Positions 28,887-37,998 of a stretch of DNA of 60,365 bases are shown here, piece after piece. The stretch spans positions 1 to 60,365 of the IMG/VR virus record IMGVR_UViG_3300009786_000013; one strand, written 5' to 3'. Source of the stretch: a virus. Lineage: Duplodnaviria; Caudoviricetes. The notes beneath the pieces were generated by a model. That model was not told the origin of the DNA and searched no databases. It was given only the letters and a program-made list of their open reading frames with translations. The first letter of the stretch is position 1. Each line of letters opens with the position of its first letter. The translations under genes and the position numbers were made by a program.

Positions 28887-29126
28887 TTGTCCGACACCCT
28901 CAAACTGACCGACTTCCGGATGGCGGGGTTCCTGCTCGCCAGGGATGTGCAGTTCAAGGGTACGGAGTCCGACGGGTCTGATGTCGTGTTCGTGTTCGAT
29001 GATACGGGCGGCATCGCATCCAAGACCCTCGACCTATATCCGGGGTCTGCCGAACAGAAGTATGATGCGGCCTGCAAGACCATGCACGACATGGTCAAGA
29101 TCAGGAAACGGTCGAGGAGGCGCTGA
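28887..29126 (+). CDS. DUF5659-like small protein (paralogue of 27270)
   Basis: LTDFRMAGFLLA...DVVFVF; TTG start after AGGAGG. Confidence 0.55.
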   Translation: MSDTLKLTDFRMAGFLLARDVQFKGTESDGSDVVFVFDDTGGIASKTLDLYPGSAEQKYDAACKTMHDMVKIRKRSRRR

Positions 29127-29554
29127 TGGACATCGGATACCGGGAGTATGTGGCCGTCCTCGAGCATGAGCTCCACGAGGCCGCCGAGAGGATTCAAGCT
29201 CTCGACGCCAGTCAGCAGGAGGTCAACGCCCGCCACCAGGCCGTCGTACACACGACCGATGTTGAGATCGAACGCCTGATGAGGGATGCCGGGATACTGG
29301 ACCAGGTGCAGGAGCAGCGCACGCACAGGCGGGAGAGCTTGAAGAAATCGCAGGAGGAGCTGGACGAGATCGGCCAGGAGATGGACGAGCTCGCAGCCGT
29401 TCGGAAGTACCTCCTACATCGGGGGCGTGAGGCGTCCCACGAGCTTGAAAAACCTCCGGAAACCCTTTCTGTGGGCCCCACAGAAGACGTTTTGGAGGAC
29501 GATAAAAAGAAAAACATGCCCTCCGAAGGCGTTAGCCGCGGGGGTGTTGAATAG
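29126..29554 (+). CDS. Coiled-coil protein
   Basis: TGATG coupling; Glu/Gln/Leu heptad pattern. Confidence 0.65.
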   Translation: MDIGYREYVAVLEHELHEAAERIQALDASQQEVNARHQAVVHTTDVEIERLMRDAGILDQVQEQRTHRRESLKKSQEELDEIGQEMDELAAVRKYLLHRGREASHELEKPPETLSVGPTEDVLEDDKKKNMPSEGVSRGGVE

Positions 29555-29579
29555 CCACCCTATACGAGACTACTATAGG
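29549..29579 (+). promoter_or_regulatory. Late promoter motif GAAT-N7-CTAT-N11-ATAGG
   Basis: Variant copy before a structured leader. Confidence 0.5.
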
Positions 29580-29726
29580 TGAGCGGATCCTTCTGAGGAC
29601 CGTCGGATTGGATTGATTGCCCTATCGGCAGCCGGCTTGCAGCCGGTGTGGCGGACACCTGTGGTGTTCAAGCCTCGGATTGTTACGCCAATCAACCACC
29701 ACCAACCTCTTTAGGAGATCTTCATC

Positions 29727-31988
29727 ATGGCAGCTATCACACGACTTCTCGGCCTTCCCTCGGGATCAGGCCAACTCTCAAGGGCAGCAGGCGGCGCGCT
29801 CGCCGGCACTGGCGGCATCGACAGTGCCTCCCTTCTCTTTTCGTCCTGCAACATCGCAGTTGAGTCGGCGGCCTCTGGCACCACCAACTCCCTCTCACTC
29901 GGCTACTACGCCATCAACACCGACGGCACCTCCAGTGTCCCTCTGGTCTCAATCAACGGCGACCCCAACAACGCCAGCCACCACCTGCTTCTCGGGCCGG
30001 CTGCAGCGGATCCAGATGGTGCCAAGGTCGGCATCCGGGCAGAGACCCTCTTCTTCCAGGCCAAAAGCGGCACTGATGCTACCACGGCTGTCATTGATGG
30101 CCACTGGAGCGTCGGCACATCGGCTCTGATGGGCGCAAGCGGCGGGATTCGCAACGCCGACATCTACGGCGCACTCACTGTTCACGGTGACCTTCTCGTG
30201 GATGGCACCACGATCACCGTCAACGCGGAAGATATGCTCGTTGAAGACAACATGATCCTGCTCAACGCAGGTCCGACTTCTTCCACGGCATTGGCCGGTT
30301 GGGCTGTTCAGTCCTACTACTCCGATGTCGCTTCGGAGGCGGACCAGAACTTCCACCGTCAGTTCCTTGGTGGGTTCGGAGGCAGTGACCCTGCAATCGG
30401 CACTCAGGAGGCTACCCCCGGCGGTTCGGCTCTCAGTGATCTCGCGAAGATCAACATTCAGGGATTTGCGAGCGCTCTGTCCTCAACCACCAACTACTAC
30501 AATGGCATGTGGATCAAGATCGATGACACGGGTCATAACGGTCACGGCGATGTTCGTAAGATCACGGCCTGGGATGCCACCAACAAGCTCCTCACCGTTA
30601 CCCCGGACTTCTCCGCCCAGGTCGAAGCGACCGCCAAGGTCCAGATCTACATCGACCAGGTCGGTATGCTTTGGGACGAGTCGCAGGACATATTCAAGCT
30701 GGCTTCGGTCAAGCCGGACGGTTCGGCGCACATGCCTGTCGGACTCGGACTTGACATGCTCATGTGTGGTTACGGGATCGAGTTGAACTCGAGTGGCCCG
30801 AACTCGAATGAGCCTTCTCCCTACAACGACAACGGAACCGTCTACGCCAAGACCGTCGGCGGCATCGAGGAGCTGTTCTTCGTCTCCATGGACGGTGGCG
30901 GCAATACGGTGGGCCCGGTTCAGGTCACCTCGAACGGTGGTGTGAACGCAGCGATCACAGGCGACCTCTCGGTTGACGGCCAGAACGCCATCATCAACGC
31001 AGACGCCGGTGATGACCAGGTCGGTGCCTTGAAGGTTCGCTGGGATAGTGACAGCGACAACGGGACGCTTGTCCCCTTGCAGGTGTCACTGTCGGGAACG
31101 GCCTCGGCGGCTGGCTCCGATGTCGTGGAACTGTCCACCAAGGCATTGAGCATCCACTCTCAAACGGGTGCCGTCACCGAAGGTGCCACTCAGTCCATGA
31201 CTCTGCGCCTCGGCGATGGAGTCGACGCTGGTGCTGACCGTGCAGCGAAGCTCGTCTTCCACGGTCGCGCACATGGCGGAGGTACACAGGTCAACCAGAG
31301 TGCTTCCTTCGTTCTGGAGGACAACGGCAACTACGAGGGTGACCTCAGCCTTGACAAGCAGCTCCGGATGGCTGGCAACATCCTCCCGGATCGTTCGGCA
31401 AGGACTCTCGGGTCTGCTGTCGCTGGCGGCGCCGCTGGTGACCAGCGTTGGTCCGATGCCTTCTTCAAGGGGTTGGATGTTTATAGCAACTCGAATAGCA
31501 TCACCCTCGAGGTCGAGGACGACGGCTCCGCACACCAGTTCCTGAAGCTCACTTCGGGTCGCATCGCGGGCAACGTCGGCAAACTGGCGGTGATCAACGC
31601 AGCCACCGGCAACCTGGCTGCAACGGACCTCGTGTGCATCGACCCCGCATCGGGAACGATGGCGAAGGCTGATGCTGGTGCTAGTAGCACCTCGATGCCC
31701 ATCGGCATCATGTTGGCTGACTGCACGGCGACGGCATCCGTTCTCGGCAAGGTGTCGCAGCTCGGAACGTGTGCAACGGTCTCTTGTGTTGCACCTAGCA
31801 GCACCATGCCGGCTGGATCTCCTGTGTTCCTGTCGGGGACGGCTGGGAAGGTGCAGTTCACCATGCCCAGCACCGCGGGTGACTACGTGGTGCAGGTCGG
31901 GATCTCCCAGGCTTCAGCCGGGACCTCATCGACCAGTGTGGTCATTTCGTTCCTTCCCGCGTTCATGAGGATCGCTAACGGAAGCTAA
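29727..31988 (+). CDS. Fibre protein (head or tail fibre)
   Basis: GDLLVDGTTITVN...VEDNMILLN fibre motif; C-terminal cement-like GSPVFLSGTAG...VQVG domain. Confidence 0.65.
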   Translation: MAAITRLLGLPSGSGQLSRAAGGALAGTGGIDSASLLFSSCNIAVESAASGTTNSLSLGYYAINTDGTSSVPLVSINGDPNNASHHLLLGPAAADPDGAKVGIRAETLFFQAKSGTDATTAVIDGHWSVGTSALMGASGGIRNADIYGALTVHGDLLVDGTTITVNAEDMLVEDNMILLNAGPTSSTALAGWAVQSYYSDVASEADQNFHRQFLGGFGGSDPAIGTQEATPGGSALSDLAKINIQGFASALSSTTNYYNGMWIKIDDTGHNGHGDVRKITAWDATNKLLTVTPDFSAQVEATAKVQIYIDQVGMLWDESQDIFKLASVKPDGSAHMPVGLGLDMLMCGYGIELNSSGPNSNEPSPYNDNGTVYAKTVGGIEELFFVSMDGGGNTVGPVQVTSNGGVNAAITGDLSVDGQNAIINADAGDDQVGALKVRWDSDSDNGTLVPLQVSLSGTASAAGSDVVELSTKALSIHSQTGAVTEGATQSMTLRLGDGVDAGADRAAKLVFHGRAHGGGTQVNQSASFVLEDNGNYEGDLSLDKQLRMAGNILPDRSARTLGSAVAGGAAGDQRWSDAFFKGLDVYSNSNSITLEVEDDGSAHQFLKLTSGRIAGNVGKLAVINAATGNLAATDLVCIDPASGTMAKADAGASSTSMPIGIMLADCTATASVLGKVSQLGTCATVSCVAPSSTMPAGSPVFLSGTAGKVQFTMPSTAGDYVVQVGISQASAGTSSTSVVISFLPAFMRIANGS

Positions 31989-32028
31989 TCCATAACGGTG
32001 TCCTCGGACACCATTGGATGACAACCTT

Positions 32029-32071
32029 GAGACCCCCGTCGGGATTCGTTCCGGCGGGGGTTTCTTCGTTT
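32029..32071 (+). terminator. Rho-independent terminator
   Basis: GAGACCCCCGTCGGGA-TTCG-TTCCGGCGGGGGTTTC stem plus T-rich tail. Confidence 0.8.
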
Positions 32072-32081
32072 GCGCCCCTAT
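32067..32081 (+). promoter_or_regulatory. Late promoter motif CGTT-N7-CTAT
   Basis: Directly after the terminator, as at 13143. Confidence 0.5.
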
Positions 32082-32127
32082 CCCCCACGCCATTCGACAC
32101 GGGTAGTGTTCCAACTGGAGGATGTTC

Positions 32128-32448
32128 ATGGCGGTCAAGAAGAATAGCGAGAAGCAGGTCCGGATGGGCCTCGGGGAGGCGGTCAAGCGTCTTCTCAACC
32201 TGGAGATCAGGTTCAATCAGGGCCCACGTACGGACGAGCTCGTAGCCGAGAGGGAGATGCTCCTCACAGCTCTGAACGCCGTGGAGCTCGACCTCGGGTT
32301 CGACTGCAACGAGGACGGGGTGCCGGACACCGTGGAGATCTTCCAGAAGTCGGCGGCGACATCCTGCTGCCGCATCCTTCCCACAGACGGGAGTCGCCGG
32401 AAGGCGGCCCCCAAGCGAGCTCGCAAGAGCTCGAGGAGCAAGAAATAA
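32128..32448 (+). CDS. Hypothetical protein with DCNEDGVPD Ca-binding-like loop and basic tail
   Basis: SD GGAGG; DxNxDG motif. Confidence 0.6.
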   Translation: MAVKKNSEKQVRMGLGEAVKRLLNLEIRFNQGPRTDELVAEREMLLTALNAVELDLGFDCNEDGVPDTVEIFQKSAATSCCRILPTDGSRRKAAPKRARKSSRSKK

Positions 32449-32792
32449 TGGATGTACTGCTTTGGCTGGCCGCGACCTATGGCCTCTGCTTCGGAATCAT
32501 GAACGATAAGGGGAGGATCCTGACCAACCTTCTGCGGAGGATCCCAGTCGGCAGGGATGACGACGGCGTATCATTCTTCGACCGGATGTTCGCCTGTTCG
32601 TACTGTACGGGCGCCCACTGCGGGTGGGTGGTCTGGCTACTGTTCTGGGGCTCCACGGGTGAGCCTCCGGCGGAGGGGTGGCACGCTGCGGCCTCCGTAC
32701 CGCTGTGGATGATCGCCTCCGGTGCATGGTGCTACCTGGCCGACTCCCTGGGTCGGCTGGCCGAAGGACACACGCCCATCGAGGGAGGCTGA
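32448..32792 (+). CDS. DUF1360-like membrane protein (holin candidate)
   Basis: Hydrophobic helices with FACSYCTG...W motif. Confidence 0.6.
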   Translation: MDVLLWLAATYGLCFGIMNDKGRILTNLLRRIPVGRDDDGVSFFDRMFACSYCTGAHCGWVVWLLFWGSTGEPPAEGWHAAASVPLWMIASGAWCYLADSLGRLAEGHTPIEGG

Positions 32793-32793
32793 T

Positions 32794-33336
32794 ATGCCCA
32801 TCGCCAGTGCAGGAGGAGCCGGAGGAGGCGGAGGAGGGGGGACCCCCGATCCCACCGTATCCGGAGCTGTGACGCTGTCGACGGGCGAGGCTGCATCAGC
32901 CGTGACCGTCCCAGAGACGCAGGTCGTCTCCACCGTGGATCCCAACACAGGCGAGGTGACGGAGGAGGAGGTGGCCGTGGATTTCTCACAGGGAGCTGCG
33001 GTAGCCCTCATCAACACTGGGGCGACCCAGGAGTTCAGACTCTGCTCGGCCTTTCCAGGCACGGGGTTCGCGGGATCGTTCTTCGGGTTCCTGTTCCAGG
33101 CTGTCGATGCGGACTCGAGTGGAGCCATCATCGTGTCGGCGAGGGGGTCGAAGGTGACAGCTCTGGTGGTGGGTGATGCAGACCTGGTCCCTGGAAACCC
33201 GGTGTTTCTGGGTGAGGTGGCGGGTCGCGTGACGCAGACACCCCCGGAGACTGTCGGCACGCATCTGTTGAAGATCGGGTTCGCCGTGGCCGTGGATCAG
33301 ATCATCCTCGCCCCCGACTTTCCCATCCTCGTGTAG
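32794..33336 (+). CDS. Cement/fibre-like structural protein
   Basis: PGNPVFLGEVAGRVTQTPP...KIGFA resembles the C-terminus of 29727. Confidence 0.6.
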   Translation: MPIASAGGAGGGGGGGTPDPTVSGAVTLSTGEAASAVTVPETQVVSTVDPNTGEVTEEEVAVDFSQGAAVALINTGATQEFRLCSAFPGTGFAGSFFGFLFQAVDADSSGAIIVSARGSKVTALVVGDADLVPGNPVFLGEVAGRVTQTPPETVGTHLLKIGFAVAVDQIILAPDFPILV

Positions 33337-33413
33337 TGGCGTCCCCGGCAGGAGTCGAACCTGCGGCCTACCGCTTAGGAGGCGGTCGCTCTATCCGTCT
33401 GAGCTACGGGGAC
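33337..33413 (-). tRNA. tRNA-Arg (anticodon CCT)
   Basis: GTCCCCG acceptor stem, D-arm AGCTCAGACGGATAGAGC, ACCGC-CTCCTAA-GCGGT anticodon arm, GGTTCGACTCC T-arm, encoded CCA. Confidence 0.95.
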
Positions 33414-33424
33414 TCGTCCAGACT

Positions 33425-33772
33425 CTACTCAATGGCCCTGAACCGTTCGAGCTTCTCGGCGAAGCCTGAATGGGGTTGCGTCGATCCATAGGCGAGCCAC
33501 ACCTTGCGACCCTCCTGCGTCGGGTCGATGATCATGCGGGTGTACCCATCGTCCGAGAGGTAGACAATCCATGTTCCTCCGTAAGAGGCATCCTCGGCAT
33601 CGGCATCGTCGTTGTTACGGCAAATCGTCCTGCCTGTGAGGTATTCGTCGATGGTGCGGGCGGATGCCTTCAGGACGGCCTGTGCATCGCTCTGTGGCCT
33701 GTCCAACTCGAGCTGTGTGCAGACCTTCACAATCGCTGCAAGAGCCTCACGCGCTTCCTGGTGGCCTACCAT
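33425..33772 (-). CDS. Hypothetical protein
   Basis: Coupled to the upstream minus-strand ORF; SD GAGG. Confidence 0.55.
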   Translation of the reverse strand: MVGHQEAREALAAIVKVCTQLELDRPQSDAQAVLKASARTIDEYLTGRTICRNNDDADAEDASYGGTWIVYLSDDGYTRMIIDPTQEGRKVWLAYGSTQPHSGFAEKLERFRAIE

Positions 33773-34443
33773 CGTCCGTCCTCGACTCGCTTGGCCCACT
33801 TCTCCATGGTCTCGCACAGTCGCTTCCGGATCTCCTCCCCGACGTTCTTGGAATCCTCGGACTCAAAGGCGTACGCCCGTAGGTTCTCCCGGACGACGTC
33901 GAAGCCCCATTCCTCCGCTCTGGTGTAGAGGATGAACCACTCGAAGGGGTGCAGGGATAGCCACATGCGTGTGAGGGTGATGGTCTCGTCGCACCACGGG
34001 TGCTCGCACTCGTCGAGATCCTTGCGGTTCCACTTTCTGAAATCCTCGGGGTCGTGTTCCCACTCCGCCCGTTGCTCGTCGGATGCCTCCTTGATGGCGT
34101 CCTCCAGAGATTCAGAGAGAATATCGACGCTCCGTCTGTTCCAGTCCGAGATCGCCTTCTCGACGGTCTGTGGGAGGCCCACCTGATTGCCGGTGTCGCC
34201 CAGGATCCAGTCGAGGCCGAGGATGCACCAGTCTACGACTATCGACTCGTCCACGCGGGACGAGTAGTGAGAGAATCCACCCTCAGAGTTGTAGTCCTTG
34301 ACGGCCTTCTCAACCTCACTGTCATACACATGTCCGTCGCTGTAGCTCGAGAACAATGGCTGGCAGCGGGCCAGAAAGCGCTTCGCCTCGACCTTCCCGA
34401 TGTGTCGGGGGTCTGTCGTGTCCTGTGTCTTGGTAGCTTCCAT
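33766..34443 (-). CDS. Hypothetical acidic protein
   Basis: SD AGGAG before MEATKT. Confidence 0.65.
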   Translation of the reverse strand: MEATKTQDTTDPRHIGKVEAKRFLARCQPLFSSYSDGHVYDSEVEKAVKDYNSEGGFSHYSSRVDESIVVDWCILGLDWILGDTGNQVGLPQTVEKAISDWNRRSVDILSESLEDAIKEASDEQRAEWEHDPEDFRKWNRKDLDECEHPWCDETITLTRMWLSLHPFEWFILYTRAEEWGFDVVRENLRAYAFESEDSKNVGEEIRKRLCETMEKWAKRVEDGRW

Positions 34444-34451
34444 GTCCGCTC

Positions 34452-34850
34452 CTATTGACTCCACCCATCGTCGCCGATGTGGTGGTCTGAAAGGGCGCGC
34501 ACGGCGCCCGTGTACTTGTACTTGTAGGGGAACACCTCGTCAGAGGCCTTCCCGATCCGCTTGCAGAAGTCGGTGTCGTCCTGCCATGCGAAGCCGCCGT
34601 CAGGGAGGAAGACTCCCGTGCCGCAGTGCTCCCCCGAGGAGGACTCATCGATCTCAAGCAGGGCATATGCCTCCGTGCCGTCCGCAAAGCGCACGACGCC
34701 GTTGACCATGACCACTCCGATGGGGCCTCCAGCGGATGCGGAGTGCCGCACCTCGTCGAGGAGGTGCCGCTTGCGACCCCCCGCCGTGAAGGTGGGCTTA
34801 CGCCCCGCTCCGAAGTCGATGGTGATCTTGTTTCCTTTTGTGGTCTTCAT
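34452..34850 (-). CDS. Hypothetical protein
   Basis: SD AGGAGG before MKTTKG. Confidence 0.65.
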   Translation of the reverse strand: MKTTKGNKITIDFGAGRKPTFTAGGRKRHLLDEVRHSASAGGPIGVVMVNGVVRFADGTEAYALLEIDESSSGEHCGTGVFLPDGGFAWQDDTDFCKRIGKASDEVFPYKYKYTGAVRALSDHHIGDDGWSQ

Positions 34851-34858
34851 GGTTCCTC

Positions 34859-35227
34859 CTATGCCCGCTTCACGGCGGCGGCGGGGAACTTGTAGCTCTT
34901 GCCGGTGCGGATGCACTCTGCGCTGATCGGGTACTTGCGGCGACGGGGGTTGATGCCCGTGACACGGTAGGTGCCGTTGTAGGTGGTGAACTCCCGTCCG
35001 AAGTCTCCGACGGTGAGGTCGTAGAGGGGGGCGAGGCGGGCGAAGTCGGCGGGGATGCCGTCCTCCGTCTCACACACGAACGTGAACTTCACGGTGAAGT
35101 TGGTGTCGCTGAAGCGTCCAGCCTCCCGCTTGAGGGTCAGTCCGTACTGCTCGGCGACCATCTGGAGGGCCATTTCGGCGTCGTCCGCGATGGGCTTGAT
35201 AGTCTGTCGGTTCATTTGAGTGATCAT
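34859..35227 (-). CDS. Phage hypothetical protein
   Basis: SD AAGGAG; GINPRRRKYPI...GKSYKF pattern recalled from phage small proteins. Confidence 0.7.
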   Translation of the reverse strand: MITQMNRQTIKPIADDAEMALQMVAEQYGLTLKREAGRFSDTNFTVKFTFVCETEDGIPADFARLAPLYDLTVGDFGREFTTYNGTYRVTGINPRRRKYPISAECIRTGKSYKFPAAAVKRA

Positions 35228-35318
35228 GACGCGCTCCTTCGATGGCGTTTTGTTTCATCTTCCACCCTATGTACGGACGGGATTCTCCAATGGACCCCCC
35301 GCTGGCTCCGCTGAGGGC

Positions 35319-35333
35319 CAATATCCGTCCTAT
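35319..35333 (+). promoter_or_regulatory. Late promoter motif CAAT-N7-CTAT
   Basis: Positioned to restart plus-strand transcription after the minus-strand block. Confidence 0.5.
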
Positions 35334-35386
35334 CCCTCGATAAGAGTGCGGCCTGAAGTGGCCCCTGCAAAGTCGGAGGCTGGTTG

Positions 35387-35662
35387 ATGACAAGCTCATT
35401 TGATAGGATTATGGATGTGGGGACGAAGTTCCTCGCCATCCTCATCATCCCGACACTCCTCTGGGTGGTGAAACTTGAGGTGGAACTCGCTGTTGCCTCT
35501 GAACAGAGACAGGTGATGTCGGTGAAACTGGTGCAGATGGATCAAGAGAACAAGGCTGTCCTTCATTCCATCCAGACCAACACCCTGGCTCTCGGCAAGC
35601 TGAGTACGAAGATGGACGGCGTGAAGGAGTCCTTGGACGAGATCAAGGATAGGTTGCCATGA
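35387..35662 (+). CDS. Single-TM coiled-coil membrane protein (lysis candidate)
   Basis: FLAILIIPTLLWVV followed by coiled coil. Confidence 0.6.
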   Translation: MTSSFDRIMDVGTKFLAILIIPTLLWVVKLEVELAVASEQRQVMSVKLVQMDQENKAVLHSIQTNTLALGKLSTKMDGVKESLDEIKDRLP

Positions 35663-35973
35663 GTCCGAAGCAAAAGTCCCGCCTGGGGTGGTACGTGTTC
35701 TTGTTCGCCTTCCTCCCCTCGGTGTTCCTCATCCCCTGTATTATGAACGGCATCGGCCAATGCGGATCCCAGAAGGCAGAGGCCGCCAGCCCGAGTGGGT
35801 TGGCCACTCCGTCCCTGGATACTGTTGAACATCTTCCCGACATCGTGGAAGAGGACTTCCCCGGCATCGGTCGGGAACACAGGCGCGTCCTTGTGGAACA
35901 GCGCACATTGGTGCAGAGGGCTGTCCAGCAGGTTGAATCCATTGAGGATTCCTTGCCGGTCATTGTTGAGTAA
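35659..35973 (+). CDS. Membrane-anchored protein
   Basis: Basic N-terminus plus hydrophobic helix; ATGA overlap. Confidence 0.55.
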   Translation: MSPKQKSRLGWYVFLFAFLPSVFLIPCIMNGIGQCGSQKAEAASPSGLATPSLDTVEHLPDIVEEDFPGIGREHRRVLVEQRTLVQRAVQQVESIEDSLPVIVE

Positions 35974-36068
35974 CCCCCCCTTGGAAACCACCTGTGGCAT
36001 GGTCGGTATCATTCCGATGCCCCGTCCGTGTTGGGTGGGAATGGTTCACACTCAGGAGGAGATGGAAA

Positions 36069-36257
36069 ATGGATAGCACAACCGAAAATACCGTCACGGC
36101 GATGATCAGTACTCTCACCGAGGCACTCAACGATGCGAACAAGCACGACAGCGGCGTGAAGGCGGCCGGTACTCGGCTCCGCAACGCCATGTTGGAGATC
36201 ACCAAGGACGCGAAGATCGTCCGAACCCAGGTCCTCAACGACCGCAAGGGAGCCTAA
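36069..36257 (+). CDS. Histone H1-like (Hc1 family) nucleoid protein
   Basis: DANKHDSGVKAAGTRLRNAMLEI.K...R motif. Confidence 0.7.
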   Translation: MDSTTENTVTAMISTLTEALNDANKHDSGVKAAGTRLRNAMLEITKDAKIVRTQVLNDRKGA

Positions 36258-36261
36258 AAAC

Positions 36262-36621
36262 ATGGAGGCCACAGAAATGACCAAGAAGACCAAGGGTGCC
36301 AAGAAGGCAGCCGTCAAGGAGGCAGCGGGAGCTGTCGAGGAAGCAGCCACTGAGGCTGCAGCCACCTTGAATCTTTCCCCCGAGGATCTCCAGATCCTCG
36401 CTCGTTACCGTTCCGGCGGTGAGGACTGTCTCCGTGAGATCGGCCAGATCGAGATCCGAAAGGCCCGTCTGATCGGCTCCTACGGCCAGCTCGAGCAGGC
36501 TTCTCAAACGAAGCTCCAGGAAGTCGGTAAGGCACTCGGGATCGACGAGGGCGTCGCCTGGTCTGTCCAGCCCGACGGATCCGTCGTACTCCACGAGGGG
36601 ACGATGACCGAGGGGGGTTAG
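36262..36621 (+). CDS. Hypothetical protein
   Basis: Co-oriented ORF filling the operon. Confidence 0.6.
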   Translation: MEATEMTKKTKGAKKAAVKEAAGAVEEAATEAAATLNLSPEDLQILARYRSGGEDCLREIGQIEIRKARLIGSYGQLEQASQTKLQEVGKALGIDEGVAWSVQPDGSVVLHEGTMTEGG

Positions 36622-36622
36622 C

Positions 36623-37990
36623 GTGGTAGCGGGGTGGGAACCTTCCAGCGGGGAGCGTCCTACGCCGCCCGCCAACTGCATGGTGACGAGTCCCTACGAG
36701 GTAGGGGTGTACGATCTGCGCTGGGATGATCCCTCCACGCTCACAGCCAACTCCGTCTGGAATGTGGTTGGCGTCAACGTCTACCGTTCAGATGCCTCCG
36801 ACCGGGGGCCATTCCGAAGACTCAATGAGTACCCGGTCGGAGGCGGCTTCTACAGAGATGCCACCGACAACGCCCTGGTGCGCCGCGAGGTGGTTGCCTG
36901 GGACGAGGGGTGGTCCTCCAGGGGTGAGTCCGCCAACAGTGGGCGCTGGAAGCTCAAGACTCGCTGGCCGATGGTCAAGCAGGATGGGCAGGCCATCCCC
37001 GCCGACTCCCCCACCGATGTCATGGTGGAGGTCGATGGCGTGGTTGCCGAGATCCATGAGGTGCTTGGCACGACCGGCGAGGTGATCCTCGTCAATACCC
37101 CCATCTACGACGAGGCCCTCCAGAAGAACCGCCCGCCCGTTGTCCCGACGGGGCCAGACTCCAAGGTCACGGTCACCTACTACAGGTCAGCCAACCTGAC
37201 ACCCGGGGTCGCCCTCGAGCGCAAGGTGTTCTACAGGATCACGACCGTCGCTGCGACGGATGACGGTCTGGTGGAAACCGAGCTCGAACAGTGCCCTCCC
37301 ATCACGCCCACCGCCGTCGAGGAGCTCGACTACATCTGGCGGGAGGCCATCCGGCGGAACCAGTGGATCCTCCAGCAAGGCGGGGAGCGGGTGAAACTGT
37401 TCGTCCGCAAGCAGTCAGGGGTCTCCTGTGACTGCGGCTTGGATCCCCACACCCGGGAGTTCACGGGGCAGCCCTCGAACCGTTGCGAACGGTGTTTCGG
37501 GACCGGTTGGCTCGGGGGATACGAGGGACCCTACGAGATTATCGTGGCCCCTGACGATTCTGAACGACGTGTGGCGCAGACCCCCACGGGACGGCGAGTC
37601 GAGCACACCTATGAGGTGTTCATGGGCCCGAGCCCAATGGTCACGATGCGGGACTTCATCGTGAAGCAGACCAACGAGCGATATTCCGTAGGGGCCGTCA
37701 GGCGCCCCACCAACAGGGGCAACATCCTTCAGCAGCACTTCAACATCGGACTCCTCGACGAGGGGGACATCCGCTACAGGATCCCGATGGACGGCACTGA
37801 GGCCCTTGTATGGCCCGAGACCAGGTACAGCCACAGCGCAGTTGCACCCGCTGCCGGCCAGCACCCCCACGATCCCCCACACCCTGTCGGACCCGACGCT
37901 ACTACGCCTATGGGAACCGAGAAGGGGGACCACGCCGATGAGAACGAGAAGCGTGGAAGAACCCCTGTCTGGTCCAACCAGAATACATAG
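36623..37990 (+). CDS. Neck/head-closure protein with Cys cluster
   Basis: GGERVKLFVRK..G..CDC...CERCFGTGWLGGY; N-terminal FN3-like segment. Confidence 0.65.
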   Translation: MVAGWEPSSGERPTPPANCMVTSPYEVGVYDLRWDDPSTLTANSVWNVVGVNVYRSDASDRGPFRRLNEYPVGGGFYRDATDNALVRREVVAWDEGWSSRGESANSGRWKLKTRWPMVKQDGQAIPADSPTDVMVEVDGVVAEIHEVLGTTGEVILVNTPIYDEALQKNRPPVVPTGPDSKVTVTYYRSANLTPGVALERKVFYRITTVAATDDGLVETELEQCPPITPTAVEELDYIWREAIRRNQWILQQGGERVKLFVRKQSGVSCDCGLDPHTREFTGQPSNRCERCFGTGWLGGYEGPYEIIVAPDDSERRVAQTPTGRRVEHTYEVFMGPSPMVTMRDFIVKQTNERYSVGAVRRPTNRGNILQQHFNIGLLDEGDIRYRIPMDGTEALVWPETRYSHSAVAPAAGQHPHDPPHPVGPDATTPMGTEKGDHADENEKRGRTPVWSNQNT

Positions 37991-37998
37991 GGGGATCC

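Noticed and set aside
14954-31988. Diversity-generating retroelement acting on fibre genes
   Set aside because: No reverse transcriptase and no template/variable repeat pair noticed in this window
33337-35227. tRNA-integrated genomic island
   Set aside because: The ORFs lie 5' of the tRNA, with no integrase and no duplicated tRNA 3' end noticed
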